Shown: positions 48,576 through 58,645, counted from the stretch's first letter. The stretch: DNA of 64,000 bases from Candidatus Woesebacteria bacterium (GCA_013374855.1 CP055308.1:401833-465832); one strand, 5' to 3'. Made by a program: numbers and translations. The notes: generated by a model not told the origin, from the letters alone.

Positions 48576-48679
48576 ACAATTGTTTTTTATTTTATACAAA
48601 AGATTAATCCTTGTAAGGGAGTGTATTTGGGTTTAGAATAAGTAATTATTAATTGATATTTTTGAGGGGATCTAAGAAC

Positions 48680-50071
48680 ATGAAAGGAAGAATCTATACA
48701 GAGGATACGCCCAAAAAGGTAGGAGAGAAGGTAAGGTTAATTGGATGGGTGGAAAGTGTCAGAGATCATGGTAAGATAACTTTTATTGATCTTCGTGATA
48801 GAACAGGTATTGTTCAATGTGTTGCACAAGGTGTAGATAGGATAAGTGTAGAATCAGTGGTTAGCATAGAAGGTTTAGTGAAAAAAAGACCCCAGAATTT
48901 AGTGAATGAGAAAATTTCCACAGGGGAAGTGGAGATAGAAGTTGAGAAATTAGAAATTGTTAGCAAGTCAGATGAGATGCCTTTTCCTTTGAGTACTGAT
49001 GGTTTAGAGATAGATGAGGGAATTAGGTTGAAGTATAGATACCTTGACCTTCGCCGCAGGAGAATGGCGCAAAATTTAAGGATAAGGTTTAAAACCTTGC
49101 AATTTATCAGAAATTGGCTTGAAGCACGCGGTTTTGTGGAAATTGAGACTCCGATTTTGACTAAAACTACTCCAGAGGGAGCGCGTGATTTTTTGGTTCC
49201 ATCTCGTTTGCAACCTGGTAAATTTTATGCTTTGCCCCAGTCGCCGCAACAATATAAACAACTTTTAATGGTGGCTGGTTTTGAAAAATATTTTCAAATT
49301 GCCCGATGCTTTCGTGATGAGGATCCGCGAGCAGACAGGGCTTATGGAGAATTCACTCAACTTGATATTGAAATGAGTTTTGTGGATCAAGACGATATTT
49401 TGGAGTTAACAGAAGAATTATTTTGCGATTTGGTTAAGGATATCTTTCCAAACAAGAGAATCAATAAACGTCCGTGGCCAAGAGTTTCCCACAAGGAGGC
49501 AATGGAAAAGTATGGTAGTGATAAACCAGATTTAAGGGAAAATAAGAACGATCCGGATGAGTTGGCCTTTTGTTGGGTGGTAGATTTTCCTTTATTTAAT
49601 CGTCAAACAAAGGAAGATTTTTTTTATGGGTCTGGGAAATCGGAATGGGCACCTTCGCATCATATGTTTACGGCACCCCATCCTGATGATATTTCTTTAT
49701 TGGATAAGGACCCTGGTAAAGTAAGGGGTTTGCAGCACGACCTCGTTCTCAATGGATTTGAAGTTGGAGGAGGAAGCATTAGGATTCATCAATCTGAGAT
49801 TCAAAGTAAGGTTTTTGATTTGATAGGGTTTACTGAGGAACAAAAAAGAGAATTTGAGCATATGCTGACCGCTTTTCGTTATGGAGTGCCGCCTCATGGT
49901 GGGATAGCACCGGGTATAGACAGATTTTTAATGGTTGTTTTAGGTGAACCAAGTGTTCGGGAGGTGATGGCTTTTCCCATGACTTCAAATGGTACAACTG
50001 CAGTCCTTGATGCCCCAAGCGTTCCAGATAAAAGACAACTTAGGGAGTTAAAAATTGAAGTAAAATGTTAG
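48680..50071 (+). CDS. aspS: aspartyl-tRNA synthetase, compact (no GAD insertion) type
   Basis: Class II motifs FQIARCFRDEDPRADR, GGGSIRIH, GIDRFLMVV; N-terminal OB fold; SD GAGGGG upstream of ATG 48680. Confidence 0.9.
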   Translation: MKGRIYTEDTPKKVGEKVRLIGWVESVRDHGKITFIDLRDRTGIVQCVAQGVDRISVESVVSIEGLVKKRPQNLVNEKISTGEVEIEVEKLEIVSKSDEMPFPLSTDGLEIDEGIRLKYRYLDLRRRRMAQNLRIRFKTLQFIRNWLEARGFVEIETPILTKTTPEGARDFLVPSRLQPGKFYALPQSPQQYKQLLMVAGFEKYFQIARCFRDEDPRADRAYGEFTQLDIEMSFVDQDDILELTEELFCDLVKDIFPNKRINKRPWPRVSHKEAMEKYGSDKPDLRENKNDPDELAFCWVVDFPLFNRQTKEDFFYGSGKSEWAPSHHMFTAPHPDDISLLDKDPGKVRGLQHDLVLNGFEVGGGSIRIHQSEIQSKVFDLIGFTEEQKREFEHMLTAFRYGVPPHGGIAPGIDRFLMVVLGEPSVREVMAFPMTSNGTTAVLDAPSVPDKRQLRELKIEVKC

Positions 50072-50075
50072 TCTA

Positions 50076-51083
50076 ATGGCAAATAATTCCAAGAAGTTTT
50101 CCTTGAGAAAATATATTTTTAACATTTTTATTAAAGATGATGGCTTTTTGCTAACTCTTGTTTCTTCTTGTTTCATAATAGTTATTTTTTTTATTATTGT
50201 TTTTTCTTCTTTAACTGATGGTCGCAGTATTTCTGAAGAAAGAGGAATGGTTCTTTCCCATAACATTGAGTTTAAAAACAACCTTGAGGATAAGATTTTT
50301 GAATTAAGACCGGTTTTGAGGAATGGTGTTTTTTCCTTCCCAATTCTTTCTGCACAATCAGTGGTGGTTGTTGATCTTGATTCTGATATTTACCTTTACG
50401 AGAAAAATCCAGATAACCCAATGTTACCAGCATCTCTTACTAAGTTGATAACCGCTTTGGTAGCTTTAGATCATTTTCCGCTAGACCAAAGACTTGTCTT
50501 TTCAGGAAGATATGTTGAGGGACAAAAAATGGGTTTGGTTAAGGGTGAATCTTTAACTGTAGAAGATGCTCTTCGAGCACTTTTGGTCTATTCTGCCAAT
50601 GACGCTGCCTATCTTTTGGCGGAAAATTATCCAGGAGGTGTTGGAGCTTTTGTTTCTGCTATGAATGAAAAAGTATTATCTTTGGGAGCAAATTCCACTC
50701 ATTTTGAGAACCCAACTGGCTTTGATGGAGGTAGTCACAAGACTACAGCATTAGACTTGGTAAAAATTAGTAAGATTTGCCTGAAGAATGAAAAGTTAAT
50801 GGAAATGGTATCTAAAAGAGAAGTTACTATCGTTAATCCCTTTTTGGGAAAGCAATATTACCTTCAGAATACGAACCAACTTCTGGGTGAAGTAGATGGA
50901 GTGTTGGGACTAAAGACTGGGTGGACTGAAAATGCTAGAGAGAATCTTATAACCTATTATCAAAAGGATGACAAGAGAATTCTTTTTGTTTTGTTGGGGA
51001 GTCAAGATAGATTTGGAGAGACGAAAGAGCTGATTAACTGGGTTTTGGGAAGTTACGATTGGCTTTGGGTTGAGGTTAAATAG
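50076..51083 (+). CDS. D-alanyl-D-alanine carboxypeptidase (serine-type, PBP5/6-like)
   Basis: SxxK (ASLTKL), SxN (YSANDAA), KTG (LKTGWT) motifs in correct order; N-terminal TM. Confidence 0.85.
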   Translation: MANNSKKFSLRKYIFNIFIKDDGFLLTLVSSCFIIVIFFIIVFSSLTDGRSISEERGMVLSHNIEFKNNLEDKIFELRPVLRNGVFSFPILSAQSVVVVDLDSDIYLYEKNPDNPMLPASLTKLITALVALDHFPLDQRLVFSGRYVEGQKMGLVKGESLTVEDALRALLVYSANDAAYLLAENYPGGVGAFVSAMNEKVLSLGANSTHFENPTGFDGGSHKTTALDLVKISKICLKNEKLMEMVSKREVTIVNPFLGKQYYLQNTNQLLGEVDGVLGLKTGWTENARENLITYYQKDDKRILFVLLGSQDRFGETKELINWVLGSYDWLWVEVK

Positions 51084-51085
51084 CT

Positions 51086-52132
51086 TTATTCTCCATAGTA
51101 TTGGGCGGTGACTGCTGGGACATAAGCTTTGAAGTCTCTGTCACCTTCAAAAACAATAACGGGTTGATAAAAGTCTGTTTGCACCCCAGCGTCGTAGTAG
51201 GCAAGATAAACTTTTCTTATTGTAATTTGCTGATCTTTATTTTCTCCCAGACTGGCAATATATGCTTTTTGTGAAGTTAACTCATTCCAAGCATCTTGGG
51301 CGGTTTTAATTGGGTAGGTAGCATGTTTAGTTTCGTCTACTGGGAAATAGTAATATTCTCCCGCAATTATTTCTTTTTCTCTTTGAGATTCTCCGCTTAC
51401 TATAAGCCAGACATTTGCTTCTTTTGGATCAGGTGTTACGGCAGGATATTGATCGTAGTCTTTTCTAAAGAAATTTACTTTTACAAAATTAGCTTCTGAT
51501 AACGAGATGGTTCCTATTATCTTTGATCCTTCTAGTTTAACGGGTTCCGTAGTAGTTGGTCCGGATAAATCTTTGGCTAACAATCCTCCTCTTGATAGAA
51601 AGGATCTTGCTTTTGTTGCTGCAATTTCTGGAGCAGGTGGTCTTTTGTTGAGAGGAGAGGGATCTTCTGCTAGATTGTAGCTAATTGAGAATACCCCTGT
51701 AGCTATACTTATTTTTAGCTCTGATGGATATTTCGAATTTTTGAATGAATAGACAGTTTCTGTAATTTGGTTTTGCTCCCCATCAAACCCCAGATTTACT
51801 GCTTTCTTTTGGGTGTAATCAAGAGAAAGCAGTGTTGGGGACACTTTAGGCATATAGAACACCTTGACTGTATATGGGAACTGGGGCAATGATCCAGTTG
51901 CAGTCTCTAGTCTAAATTGCAGATTACTGGGGACATCTTTTTGTGGAAATGGTAGTTTAGGTAATTTGCCAAAAGTAACAGTTGGTGGTGGAGGTGGTTC
52001 AGGAAAGAAATAACGATATATACGAATTAATCCAAGAATTGCACCACGCATAATTATTATCCCTATTATTCCATAGATAGAATATCTAATTATTTTCCTT
52101 GTTATTATTGATACTTGAGTCAGTTTGGTCAT
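51086..52132 (-). CDS. membrane-anchored hypothetical protein with polyproline linker
   Basis: N-terminal TM YSIYGIIGIIIMRGAILGLI, then PEPPPPPT, then 300-aa domain; no recognisable motif. Confidence 0.4.
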   Translation of the reverse strand: MTKLTQVSIITRKIIRYSIYGIIGIIIMRGAILGLIRIYRYFFPEPPPPPTVTFGKLPKLPFPQKDVPSNLQFRLETATGSLPQFPYTVKVFYMPKVSPTLLSLDYTQKKAVNLGFDGEQNQITETVYSFKNSKYPSELKISIATGVFSISYNLAEDPSPLNKRPPAPEIAATKARSFLSRGGLLAKDLSGPTTTEPVKLEGSKIIGTISLSEANFVKVNFFRKDYDQYPAVTPDPKEANVWLIVSGESQREKEIIAGEYYYFPVDETKHATYPIKTAQDAWNELTSQKAYIASLGENKDQQITIRKVYLAYYDAGVQTDFYQPVIVFEGDRDFKAYVPAVTAQYYGE

Positions 52133-52192
52133 TTTTCTAAAAGACTTTCCTTTTGAGTATATCCTTTATCTGGGTTATAATTCAATTGTACA

Positions 52193-53527
52193 ATGTCAGA
52201 AATAAAAACCCGTTTTGCACCAAGTCCGACAGGAGATCTTCACATAGGAGGTTTGCGTACTGCTCTTTATTCTTACGCTCTAGCAAAATCGGAAGGTGGA
52301 AAATTTGTTTTAAGGATAGAGGATACTGATAAAAAAAGGGAAAAAGAGGGATCAAAAGATCAAATTAAGAGTCTTCTTAAACTTTTTGGTTTAGACTGGG
52401 ATGAATATCATGTTCAATCAGAGAGAGTGAAAACTGGAATCTATAGGGAAGCAGCTCGACAACTGGTTAAGAGGGGATTGGCTTTCTATTGCCAATGTCC
52501 TCCTAAAGATCCGCAGAAGAAGGGTGCGGTTTTAGAGATGAGAGACCCTTGTAGGGACAAAGGTTTAAGATCTGGGGCAATTAAATTGAAAGTTCCAGAT
52601 AGCGGGAACGTTTCCTTTTTTGATTTTGTTCTAAAAAAGAAAATAAGTTGGAATTTAAAAAGTGTTGCTGACACCACTCTTTTGAAATCGGATGGTTTTC
52701 CTACTTATCATCTGGCTGTTGTAGTAGACGATCATGAGATGGGGATTACTCATGTTTTGCGAGGGCATGATTGGCTTCCTTCGACTCCTGTTCATCTTTT
52801 GGTGTATAAAGGTCTTTCATATAATCTTCCTGAAATTGGGCATTTGACAGATATTCTTGATCCAAATGGAGGAAAACTTTCCAAGAGAAAAGGTTCTGTT
52901 TCCTGTCAGGCCTTGCTTGACGACGGCTATTTACCTGAGGCTCTTCTTAATTTTGTAATGCTTTTGGGTTGGGCGCCAAAAGACAATCGAGAGTTTTTTT
53001 CACTTGATGAGTTTGTTAAAAACTTTAAAAAAGGCGACCTTCAAGTTTCAAATCCGATTTTCAACAGAGAAAAGCTTAACTGGATGAACGGGGAATATAT
53101 AAGGAGAACTGATAACCTCAGGCTTTCCCGTATGATATTTGATCTTTTTGAAGGCAAGTATTCTCTTAGAGAGATAGAGGTTATTCTGCCTTTGGTTAAA
53201 GAAAGGATTAAAACACTGAGAGATTTTGAAAGTTTGTCTTTGTTTTTCTTTGAAAGACCAGAGATAGACTTTTCCTTATTTGGTAAGAATTGGCAAGATC
53301 ATATTAAATCATCCTTTGTTGCTTTAAAAGAATTAAAAAATTGGGATTTAGAGTCAATAAATAAGGTGTTGTTAAAAAGTATAGAAGAGAACCATTTTAA
53401 AACGGGCGATTTTTTTATGGACCTTCGGATTGCAATTACTGGTAAAAGAGTTACGCCACCAATTAATGAATCTTTGGTTTTACTGGGTAAAGATGAGGTT
53501 ATTAATCGTCTTGATAGATTAATTTGA
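52193..53527 (+). CDS. gltX: glutamyl-tRNA synthetase
   Basis: RFAPSPTGDLHIGGLRTAL (HIGH region), KLSKRK (KMSKS). Confidence 0.92.
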   Translation: MSEIKTRFAPSPTGDLHIGGLRTALYSYALAKSEGGKFVLRIEDTDKKREKEGSKDQIKSLLKLFGLDWDEYHVQSERVKTGIYREAARQLVKRGLAFYCQCPPKDPQKKGAVLEMRDPCRDKGLRSGAIKLKVPDSGNVSFFDFVLKKKISWNLKSVADTTLLKSDGFPTYHLAVVVDDHEMGITHVLRGHDWLPSTPVHLLVYKGLSYNLPEIGHLTDILDPNGGKLSKRKGSVSCQALLDDGYLPEALLNFVMLLGWAPKDNREFFSLDEFVKNFKKGDLQVSNPIFNREKLNWMNGEYIRRTDNLRLSRMIFDLFEGKYSLREIEVILPLVKERIKTLRDFESLSLFFFERPEIDFSLFGKNWQDHIKSSFVALKELKNWDLESINKVLLKSIEENHFKTGDFFMDLRIAITGKRVTPPINESLVLLGKDEVINRLDRLI

Positions 53528-53530
53528 GTT

Positions 53531-54499
53531 ATGGGAGGAATACTGCCCACACAAACATATCACAAAATAGGGAAAAAGAGGCTTCCCGCTGAGTATTACC
53601 GAAATAAACTAAAGCTGAAAAAGTTTGAGGAAGAAAAGAAACTTAAAGATTATCCCGATTTTTATTCTTCTTTAAGAGGAAAAGGATTGGATCTTTCTGT
53701 TTTAAGAAAACATTCCTCCAGAATAATATCAAGCGGAGCAGTGCTTTCAACTCTTCTTTTTTCTCTACCTCAAAAGGATTTTAGTTTTTTGCCTGAGTTA
53801 GTTATTGAAAAAACGAAATCTGATGAAGAAACTTTAGGTAGTATGCGGAGTATTTTAGTTAAAAACCTTGAAAATATTCTTCCTAATCGGATTAGAGCCC
53901 TGAACAAAACTGAAGAGGGTATCTTAGAAAAACTTTTTGCTCAGGTGTTGAAAGTTAAAGCAAAAGCAACTTTGGATGGGCAACATTTAAATACAACGTA
54001 TGGAATTATAGGTATAGAACAGCATTTGAGGCGTTATCCTGGGGATACATTGACTAAACATGCCAGTGACCCTGCTGTAATAAGAGAGGGTATGGCGCCT
54101 GGCCTTGGTGCGTGGGGGTATTTTGCGCCAACTGAGGCAAAACTTACCCCGGAGCTTATTGAAATAGAAAAATGGTACGCAGTTGTTCAAACTCTTTATC
54201 TTCCTGATTGGGAGATAAATCAGCCTTTTTTGAAGGATTGGTACAAATACAGAAAAGTGCTGATAGTTAATACTAAAAATGGCAGGGCTGTTGTGGCAGC
54301 AATTGCAGATTCAGGACCAGCAGCTTGGACTGGGAAACACTTTGGGGCAAGTCCTGAAGTAATGAATTATCTTGGCGGGCCATTTTACAAAAAAGGTCCT
54401 GTTGTTTTGTTTTTTGTTGATGAATCTGAAGGTAAAATACCACTTGGACCCGTAGAATATGACGATTTTATAAGAGATACTAATCTAGTGCAAACATAA
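53531..54499 (+). CDS. membrane-anchored RlpA-like double-psi beta-barrel (DPBB) domain protein
   Basis: TM ISSGAVLSTLLFSL; C-terminal VLIVNTKNGRAVVAAIADSGPAAWTGKHFGASPEVMNYLG parallels the RlpA/expansin DPBB core (V.V.N..NG.SV.V.VNDRGP....IDLS..A...LG). Confidence 0.5.
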   Translation: MGGILPTQTYHKIGKKRLPAEYYRNKLKLKKFEEEKKLKDYPDFYSSLRGKGLDLSVLRKHSSRIISSGAVLSTLLFSLPQKDFSFLPELVIEKTKSDEETLGSMRSILVKNLENILPNRIRALNKTEEGILEKLFAQVLKVKAKATLDGQHLNTTYGIIGIEQHLRRYPGDTLTKHASDPAVIREGMAPGLGAWGYFAPTEAKLTPELIEIEKWYAVVQTLYLPDWEINQPFLKDWYKYRKVLIVNTKNGRAVVAAIADSGPAAWTGKHFGASPEVMNYLGGPFYKKGPVVLFFVDESEGKIPLGPVEYDDFIRDTNLVQT

Positions 54500-54506
54500 A
54501 AATCAT

Positions 54507-54851
54507 ATGAGTTTGCTTTTTTATGATCGCTGGCTTGATTTGGAAAGACTTGAAAGGAAAGTAAAGAAATGTGTTGGTAAAAATGAAGATTTTGCTGAAA
54601 TATGCCAAATTATAGATGAAATAATTCATCACAGAATTATCCTTTCAATACTTAAAGTTTTGCCGCAGGAGCACCATCGTGATTTTGCTTTGCTTATTGC
54701 CAAAAACCCAGCAGGAGATGAGATTTTAGATTTTCTTAAAGACAAGGCGAAAGAAGATATTATGAAAGTGGTAAAAGAGGCAATTCTTATTTTGACCTTG
54801 GAATTAACTGATATATTCTCAGCTAACAAGAAGCGGGTTAAAAAAATCTAA
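54507..54851 (+). CDS. hypothetical helical protein
   Basis: 114-aa ORF, tightly packed between flanking genes; no motif recognised. Confidence 0.35.
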   Translation: MSLLFYDRWLDLERLERKVKKCVGKNEDFAEICQIIDEIIHHRIILSILKVLPQEHHRDFALLIAKNPAGDEILDFLKDKAKEDIMKVVKEAILILTLELTDIFSANKKRVKKI

Positions 54852-54854
54852 ATT

Positions 54855-55184
54855 ATGGTTTCAACTGCTTCGTTTAAGGGTCTTTATTTTACGAAACACG
54901 CTTTGGAAAGAGCTAAAGAGAGGGGGCTTTCTGTTTCCGATATTTGGTCTGTATGGCACAATCCTCAAGGTTCTAAAAAAGCATCAACAAAAGGAGCTTT
55001 TATTTATTGGCGAAATCATCAAGGCAAAAGAATAGAGGTGGTTGCTAAAAAGGAAGAAGGTTCTCGTTGGGTGATAATTTCTGTTTGGGTAAGACGAATT
55101 GCATCTTTTCAAAAAGAGAGTTTTTTAGATTTTTTGATCCGTAAGCTCTTGTTGTATAAACTGACTATAAATAGAGGGAGATAA
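54855..55184 (+). CDS. DUF4258-like small protein (putative toxin-like module)
   Basis: YFTKHALERAKERGLSVSDIW resembles the DUF4258 N-terminal helix (F..HA.E.M.ERGIS). Confidence 0.4.
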   Translation: MVSTASFKGLYFTKHALERAKERGLSVSDIWSVWHNPQGSKKASTKGAFIYWRNHQGKRIEVVAKKEEGSRWVIISVWVRRIASFQKESFLDFLIRKLLLYKLTINRGR

Positions 55185-55257
55185 GTTAAGAAGTAGTTTT
55201 GTCCCAAATTGTTTTTGTATAGTAAAAAGGCTATTTTCATTGTAAAATCCTCTTCAA

Positions 55258-56820
55258 ATGGAAATTCCTTTAAATTCGAAGACCTCTGAATTTATAAAGA
55301 ATTTGTCTTTTGCTTTTGAGGTTATAAGAAAGAAAGAGAAAGTTAAAAATCCTATTGAAATAACAAAAACAGCCTCTTCTTTAGCGCTAATTTACGAATC
55401 TGCCCGTAATGCAGTTGAGTTTAGGGCGGAGCATTTGATAAGACAAGCGGCAATTGAGAGAATTTTAAAAAGAAGGCTTTTCTTGAATCAGAAAAGCCAA
55501 AAATTGGCAAATCTATTGGTGAAGGAGGTGATTTGGGCTCGTTACATTCGTCCTGAGTTTGTTGCTAGGGAAAAGATAGAGGAAATAGCTTTGATTATTG
55601 AAAAATACAGAAAGCTTTTGATTAATGGTTTGCCGGATGGTATTTCAAAGAGGATACTAGAGATTGCCTCTTGTGAGATAGAGGAATCTTTGGTTTTTAA
55701 TCCTATATCGCAGGTTGTATCAAATTATGTTTTTGAGTTGCTTAAAGAAAGATTGGATTTTGAGGAAGATGATGAAAAGATTAAAAACATACAAATCTAT
55801 ATAGCTGTAGAGAAAGGATTTGGTAAGAACAGCGATGGTTTTATAGCATATAAATTGTTAAAAACACTTATGCCGCATTGGTTTAAAGAGAAAGTTGCGG
55901 CAGAGAATTTAAAAGATGAATTTTACAGGACACTTTCTTTTATAAATTTGCAATTTGAGTATCCTTTAGCTGATAGATTGCGCCGTGAAGTGGTTTTTTC
56001 TTCTGCGCCTTTTAATCTTGTTCAGGAGATGGTAAATCGTTATGAGGAAGAATTTGTTTATCTGGTTCAATCGAAAGAACTTTTAGAAAAAGAAGCTGAA
56101 AACACATTGGAAGATTTATATCGTGAACTTAAAGATAAACTTTCACGCGCATCCAAAAGAAGTATTGTTTACATTTTTTTAACAAAAATTATAGTTGGAA
56201 TTTTGCTTGAATTGCCAATAGATATTCTTTTAGGAAAAGTAAATTACCTTTCTTTGGGAATAAACTTGTCCTTTCCGCCTCTTTTAATGTTCCTTTTAAA
56301 TTTAGATGTTAAATTGCCTGATGAGGAAAACTCTGAGAAAATAATTTTACTTTTGAATGAGTATTTTTATTCTCAAGAAAAGCCGAAAAAAAAGTTTGTT
56401 TCTGTTAAACCAGCGGTAGAGAAAGTAAAAAAGGTTTTCTGGGTTTTTTACATAGTAATGTATGGAGTTACATTTGGAGGTATAGTCTGGCTCTTAACAA
56501 AATTAGGTTTTAACCCCGTAAGCCAAATTATATTTTTGTTTTTCTTGTGTGTTGTTTCATTTTTTGCCTACCGCGTGCGAGGTATTGCCAAAGATTACAG
56601 CATGGAAAGCGAGAAAGAATCATTTTTGTCTTCAGTTAAGGATTTTATCTTTTTGCCTGTTATTAAAGTTGGACAATGGCTTTCCTTAAAGATTGCCAGT
56701 TTTAATGTCTTAAGTTTTGTTCTTGATTTTATAATTGAGGCGCCTCTGAAAGTTTTTTTGGAGGTTTTTGAAGAGTGGATTCATTTTGTAAAAGAGAAGA
56801 AGGAGGAGATTGTTTCCTGA
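55258..56820 (+). CDS. hypothetical protein, N-terminal soluble helical domain plus C-terminal multi-TM region
   Basis: 520-aa ORF; hydrophobic segments in the last 200 aa; no known motif. Confidence 0.4.
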   Translation: MEIPLNSKTSEFIKNLSFAFEVIRKKEKVKNPIEITKTASSLALIYESARNAVEFRAEHLIRQAAIERILKRRLFLNQKSQKLANLLVKEVIWARYIRPEFVAREKIEEIALIIEKYRKLLINGLPDGISKRILEIASCEIEESLVFNPISQVVSNYVFELLKERLDFEEDDEKIKNIQIYIAVEKGFGKNSDGFIAYKLLKTLMPHWFKEKVAAENLKDEFYRTLSFINLQFEYPLADRLRREVVFSSAPFNLVQEMVNRYEEEFVYLVQSKELLEKEAENTLEDLYRELKDKLSRASKRSIVYIFLTKIIVGILLELPIDILLGKVNYLSLGINLSFPPLLMFLLNLDVKLPDEENSEKIILLLNEYFYSQEKPKKKFVSVKPAVEKVKKVFWVFYIVMYGVTFGGIVWLLTKLGFNPVSQIIFLFFLCVVSFFAYRVRGIAKDYSMESEKESFLSSVKDFIFLPVIKVGQWLSLKIASFNVLSFVLDFIIEAPLKVFLEVFEEWIHFVKEKKEEIVS

Positions 56821-56935
56821 TTTCTTATTCTCTCACACCCTACGGATGATATAGCTTCACACACTTACTTTTAATTATTAATTAAAGGTATTTTTGTGAT
56901 AAAATTGAGGCTAGCAGATTATTATAAGACTCTAT

Positions 56936-57006
56936 TGGGAGATCGTCTAATGGTAGGACACAGCGCTCTGGACGCTGTAATCTAGGTTCGAATCCTAGTC
57001 TCCCAG
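56936..57006 (+). tRNA. tRNA-Gln (anticodon CTG)
   Basis: Manual fold: acceptor TGGGAGA/TCTCCCA, D-stem GTCT/GGAC with loop AATGGTA, anticodon stem CAGCG/CGCTG with loop CTCTGGA (U33, CUG), T-stem CTAGG/CCTAG with loop TTCGAAT, discriminator G followed by CC. Confidence 0.85.
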
Positions 57007-57315
57007 CCCTAGTTTAATGGAAAATGATTTGGAAGTTATGAGAAAGGTTAATTCGGATCCATTCGGATCCATTGGAGAATGCTATCCTAGAAATATTCAG
57101 AATGATTGATATTGTTCAAAATTTATGAGATTTAGCATATAAGCAGATAATCTATTCGAAGAAGACACGGTTGAAAAAACTTCTGAAAAACCATTGGTTG
57201 CAAGAAATCTTCATAAGTGATGTGGGGAAAGGGTTATGTTGGATGGCATTGCGCTGGCTACACCCTATATGGTACAGCACGTCTAACTATTGTTGCCATA
57301 GTTTGTGTTCTAACT

Positions 57316-57684
57316 TTATAAACCTGGTAGTTTATCAAAATCGACAGTTTTAACCTCAATAGAGTAAACCTCGTGTTCAAAAAGAGCATGCTTTAGTGAG
57401 TTCTCAAATTCCTTTTCTCTCCTATCACTACATATGGCCAAGTCGACATGAATTATTCCTTCTTCGGGATAGGTATGAATCACCAGGTGCGATTGTGAAA
57501 GAATATAGCCAATAGTAATCCCAGTAGGACTAAAGATATGAGACACTTTCTTAACCACCTTCAAATCTAAATTTGAAATGATACCATCTGCCAAATCTTC
57601 AGCAAAACCTAACGAATTATCAAAGGATTTTAGCTTAACTAGCGCAACAAATTGTTTAATCAATGGTGTAGATTGGTTTGTCAT
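57316..57684 (-). CDS. speH: S-adenosylmethionine decarboxylase proenzyme (pyruvoyl-dependent, class 1b SpeH type)
   Basis: ILSQSHLVIHTYPEEGIIHVDLAICS matches the SpeH V(S/T)ESH(I/L)(S/T)IHTWPE self-cleavage/active-site block. Confidence 0.8.
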   Translation of the reverse strand: MTNQSTPLIKQFVALVKLKSFDNSLGFAEDLADGIISNLDLKVVKKVSHIFSPTGITIGYILSQSHLVIHTYPEEGIIHVDLAICSDRREKEFENSLKHALFEHEVYSIEVKTVDFDKLPGL

Positions 57685-58645
57685 AATTTCCTTTTATTAG
57701 CGGTTTTGCTCTGGGCGTAATCTCACCAACATACAACGAGCTAGAGCTTCCGATAGATTCTGCCCCTTCATATCTATTAAACCTGTCGAATACATATCTT
57801 AACAGCAAACCTGAGCTTGTAAAAACATCCTGGATGGGTAAAAATCGTTCTTTAGCTCTGTCACTATTTCCATAACAAACATAAACTCTTGCTGTCTGAT
57901 TTTTTCTGTCTATCGCCTCTAGTGCTCTTGAAACAAAAAGTTTAATCCCTTCTGGAGTGTAAGGTGGGTCGGTAAATACAGTATCAAATTTACTTCTCAA
58001 TCCGACTGGAAGAGGTCTTCTTAGATCATGTCTTACCGTTCTAATCCCAAAACCAACCTCATTCGAGATGTCACCTATGTTATTTAGAATTCTCTTGTCA
58101 ATATCTACCACCGCTACTTCCTGCGCCGATCTCATACTAGAGGTTACAACTGATGTAAAGTCATCATCTCCTAAAAACAAAACTCGCTTGCCTCTTATAT
58201 CTCCCAGAAAATCAAGCAAGGCGACTCTTTTTGCTGTAGTATCTACTGTAGCAGTAAACTGGTCATAATTTCTTTCTGGAGCAGGTATTTTGTTCTTGTA
58301 TCGGGACAAAAGTTCAACTGACTGTCTATAGAGATCGCTTTCAACTAAAGTTTTCAAAAGACTTTCTTCTACCAAGTAAGTATCTTCATAAAGTTCTCCC
58401 AATCTCTCAGCCACTTCTTTCTTCAAAGAAGTTTCCCTTGTCGATGGATTCAAATAAACAGACAGAGCTTTTTTTACTTGATTTAGGGCGTTTCTTGATA
58501 CTCCCACTTTTTGGACAAGTTCGTTGTTTCCAACAGCCTCACCTCTCGATAAATACCAAAATATATCTAGCACTTTTTTTACTGGCACTCCCGTTTGTTT
58601 TGAAACTTCCAAAAGTTCTGAATACATCTTTTCCTTTTTTCCCAT
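57656..58645 (-). CDS. DUF43-family aminopropyltransferase (BpsA-like N4-bis(aminopropyl)spermidine synthase candidate)
   Basis: 329 aa; N-terminal wHTH-like region, Rossmann-like VLFLGDDDFTSV ... VVDIDKRI ... FDTVFTDPPYT; overlaps and is co-oriented with speH. Confidence 0.55.
   Translation of the reverse strand: MGKKEKMYSELLEVSKQTGVPVKKVLDIFWYLSRGEAVGNNELVQKVGVSRNALNQVKKALSVYLNPSTRETSLKKEVAERLGELYEDTYLVEESLLKTLVESDLYRQSVELLSRYKNKIPAPERNYDQFTATVDTTAKRVALLDFLGDIRGKRVLFLGDDDFTSVVTSSMRSAQEVAVVDIDKRILNNIGDISNEVGFGIRTVRHDLRRPLPVGLRSKFDTVFTDPPYTPEGIKLFVSRALEAIDRKNQTARVYVCYGNSDRAKERFLPIQDVFTSSGLLLRYVFDRFNRYEGAESIGSSSSLYVGEITPRAKPLIKGNYDKPIYTID

Noticed and set aside
57052-57075. Tandem ttcggatcca x2 just downstream of tRNA-Gln
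   Set aside because: Only two units; most likely a trivial local duplication, with no further copies noticed
57171-57353. 60-aa ORF between tRNA-Gln and speH
   Set aside because: No RBS, overlaps the speH 3' end on the opposite strand, Cys/aromatic-rich odd composition; likely spurious
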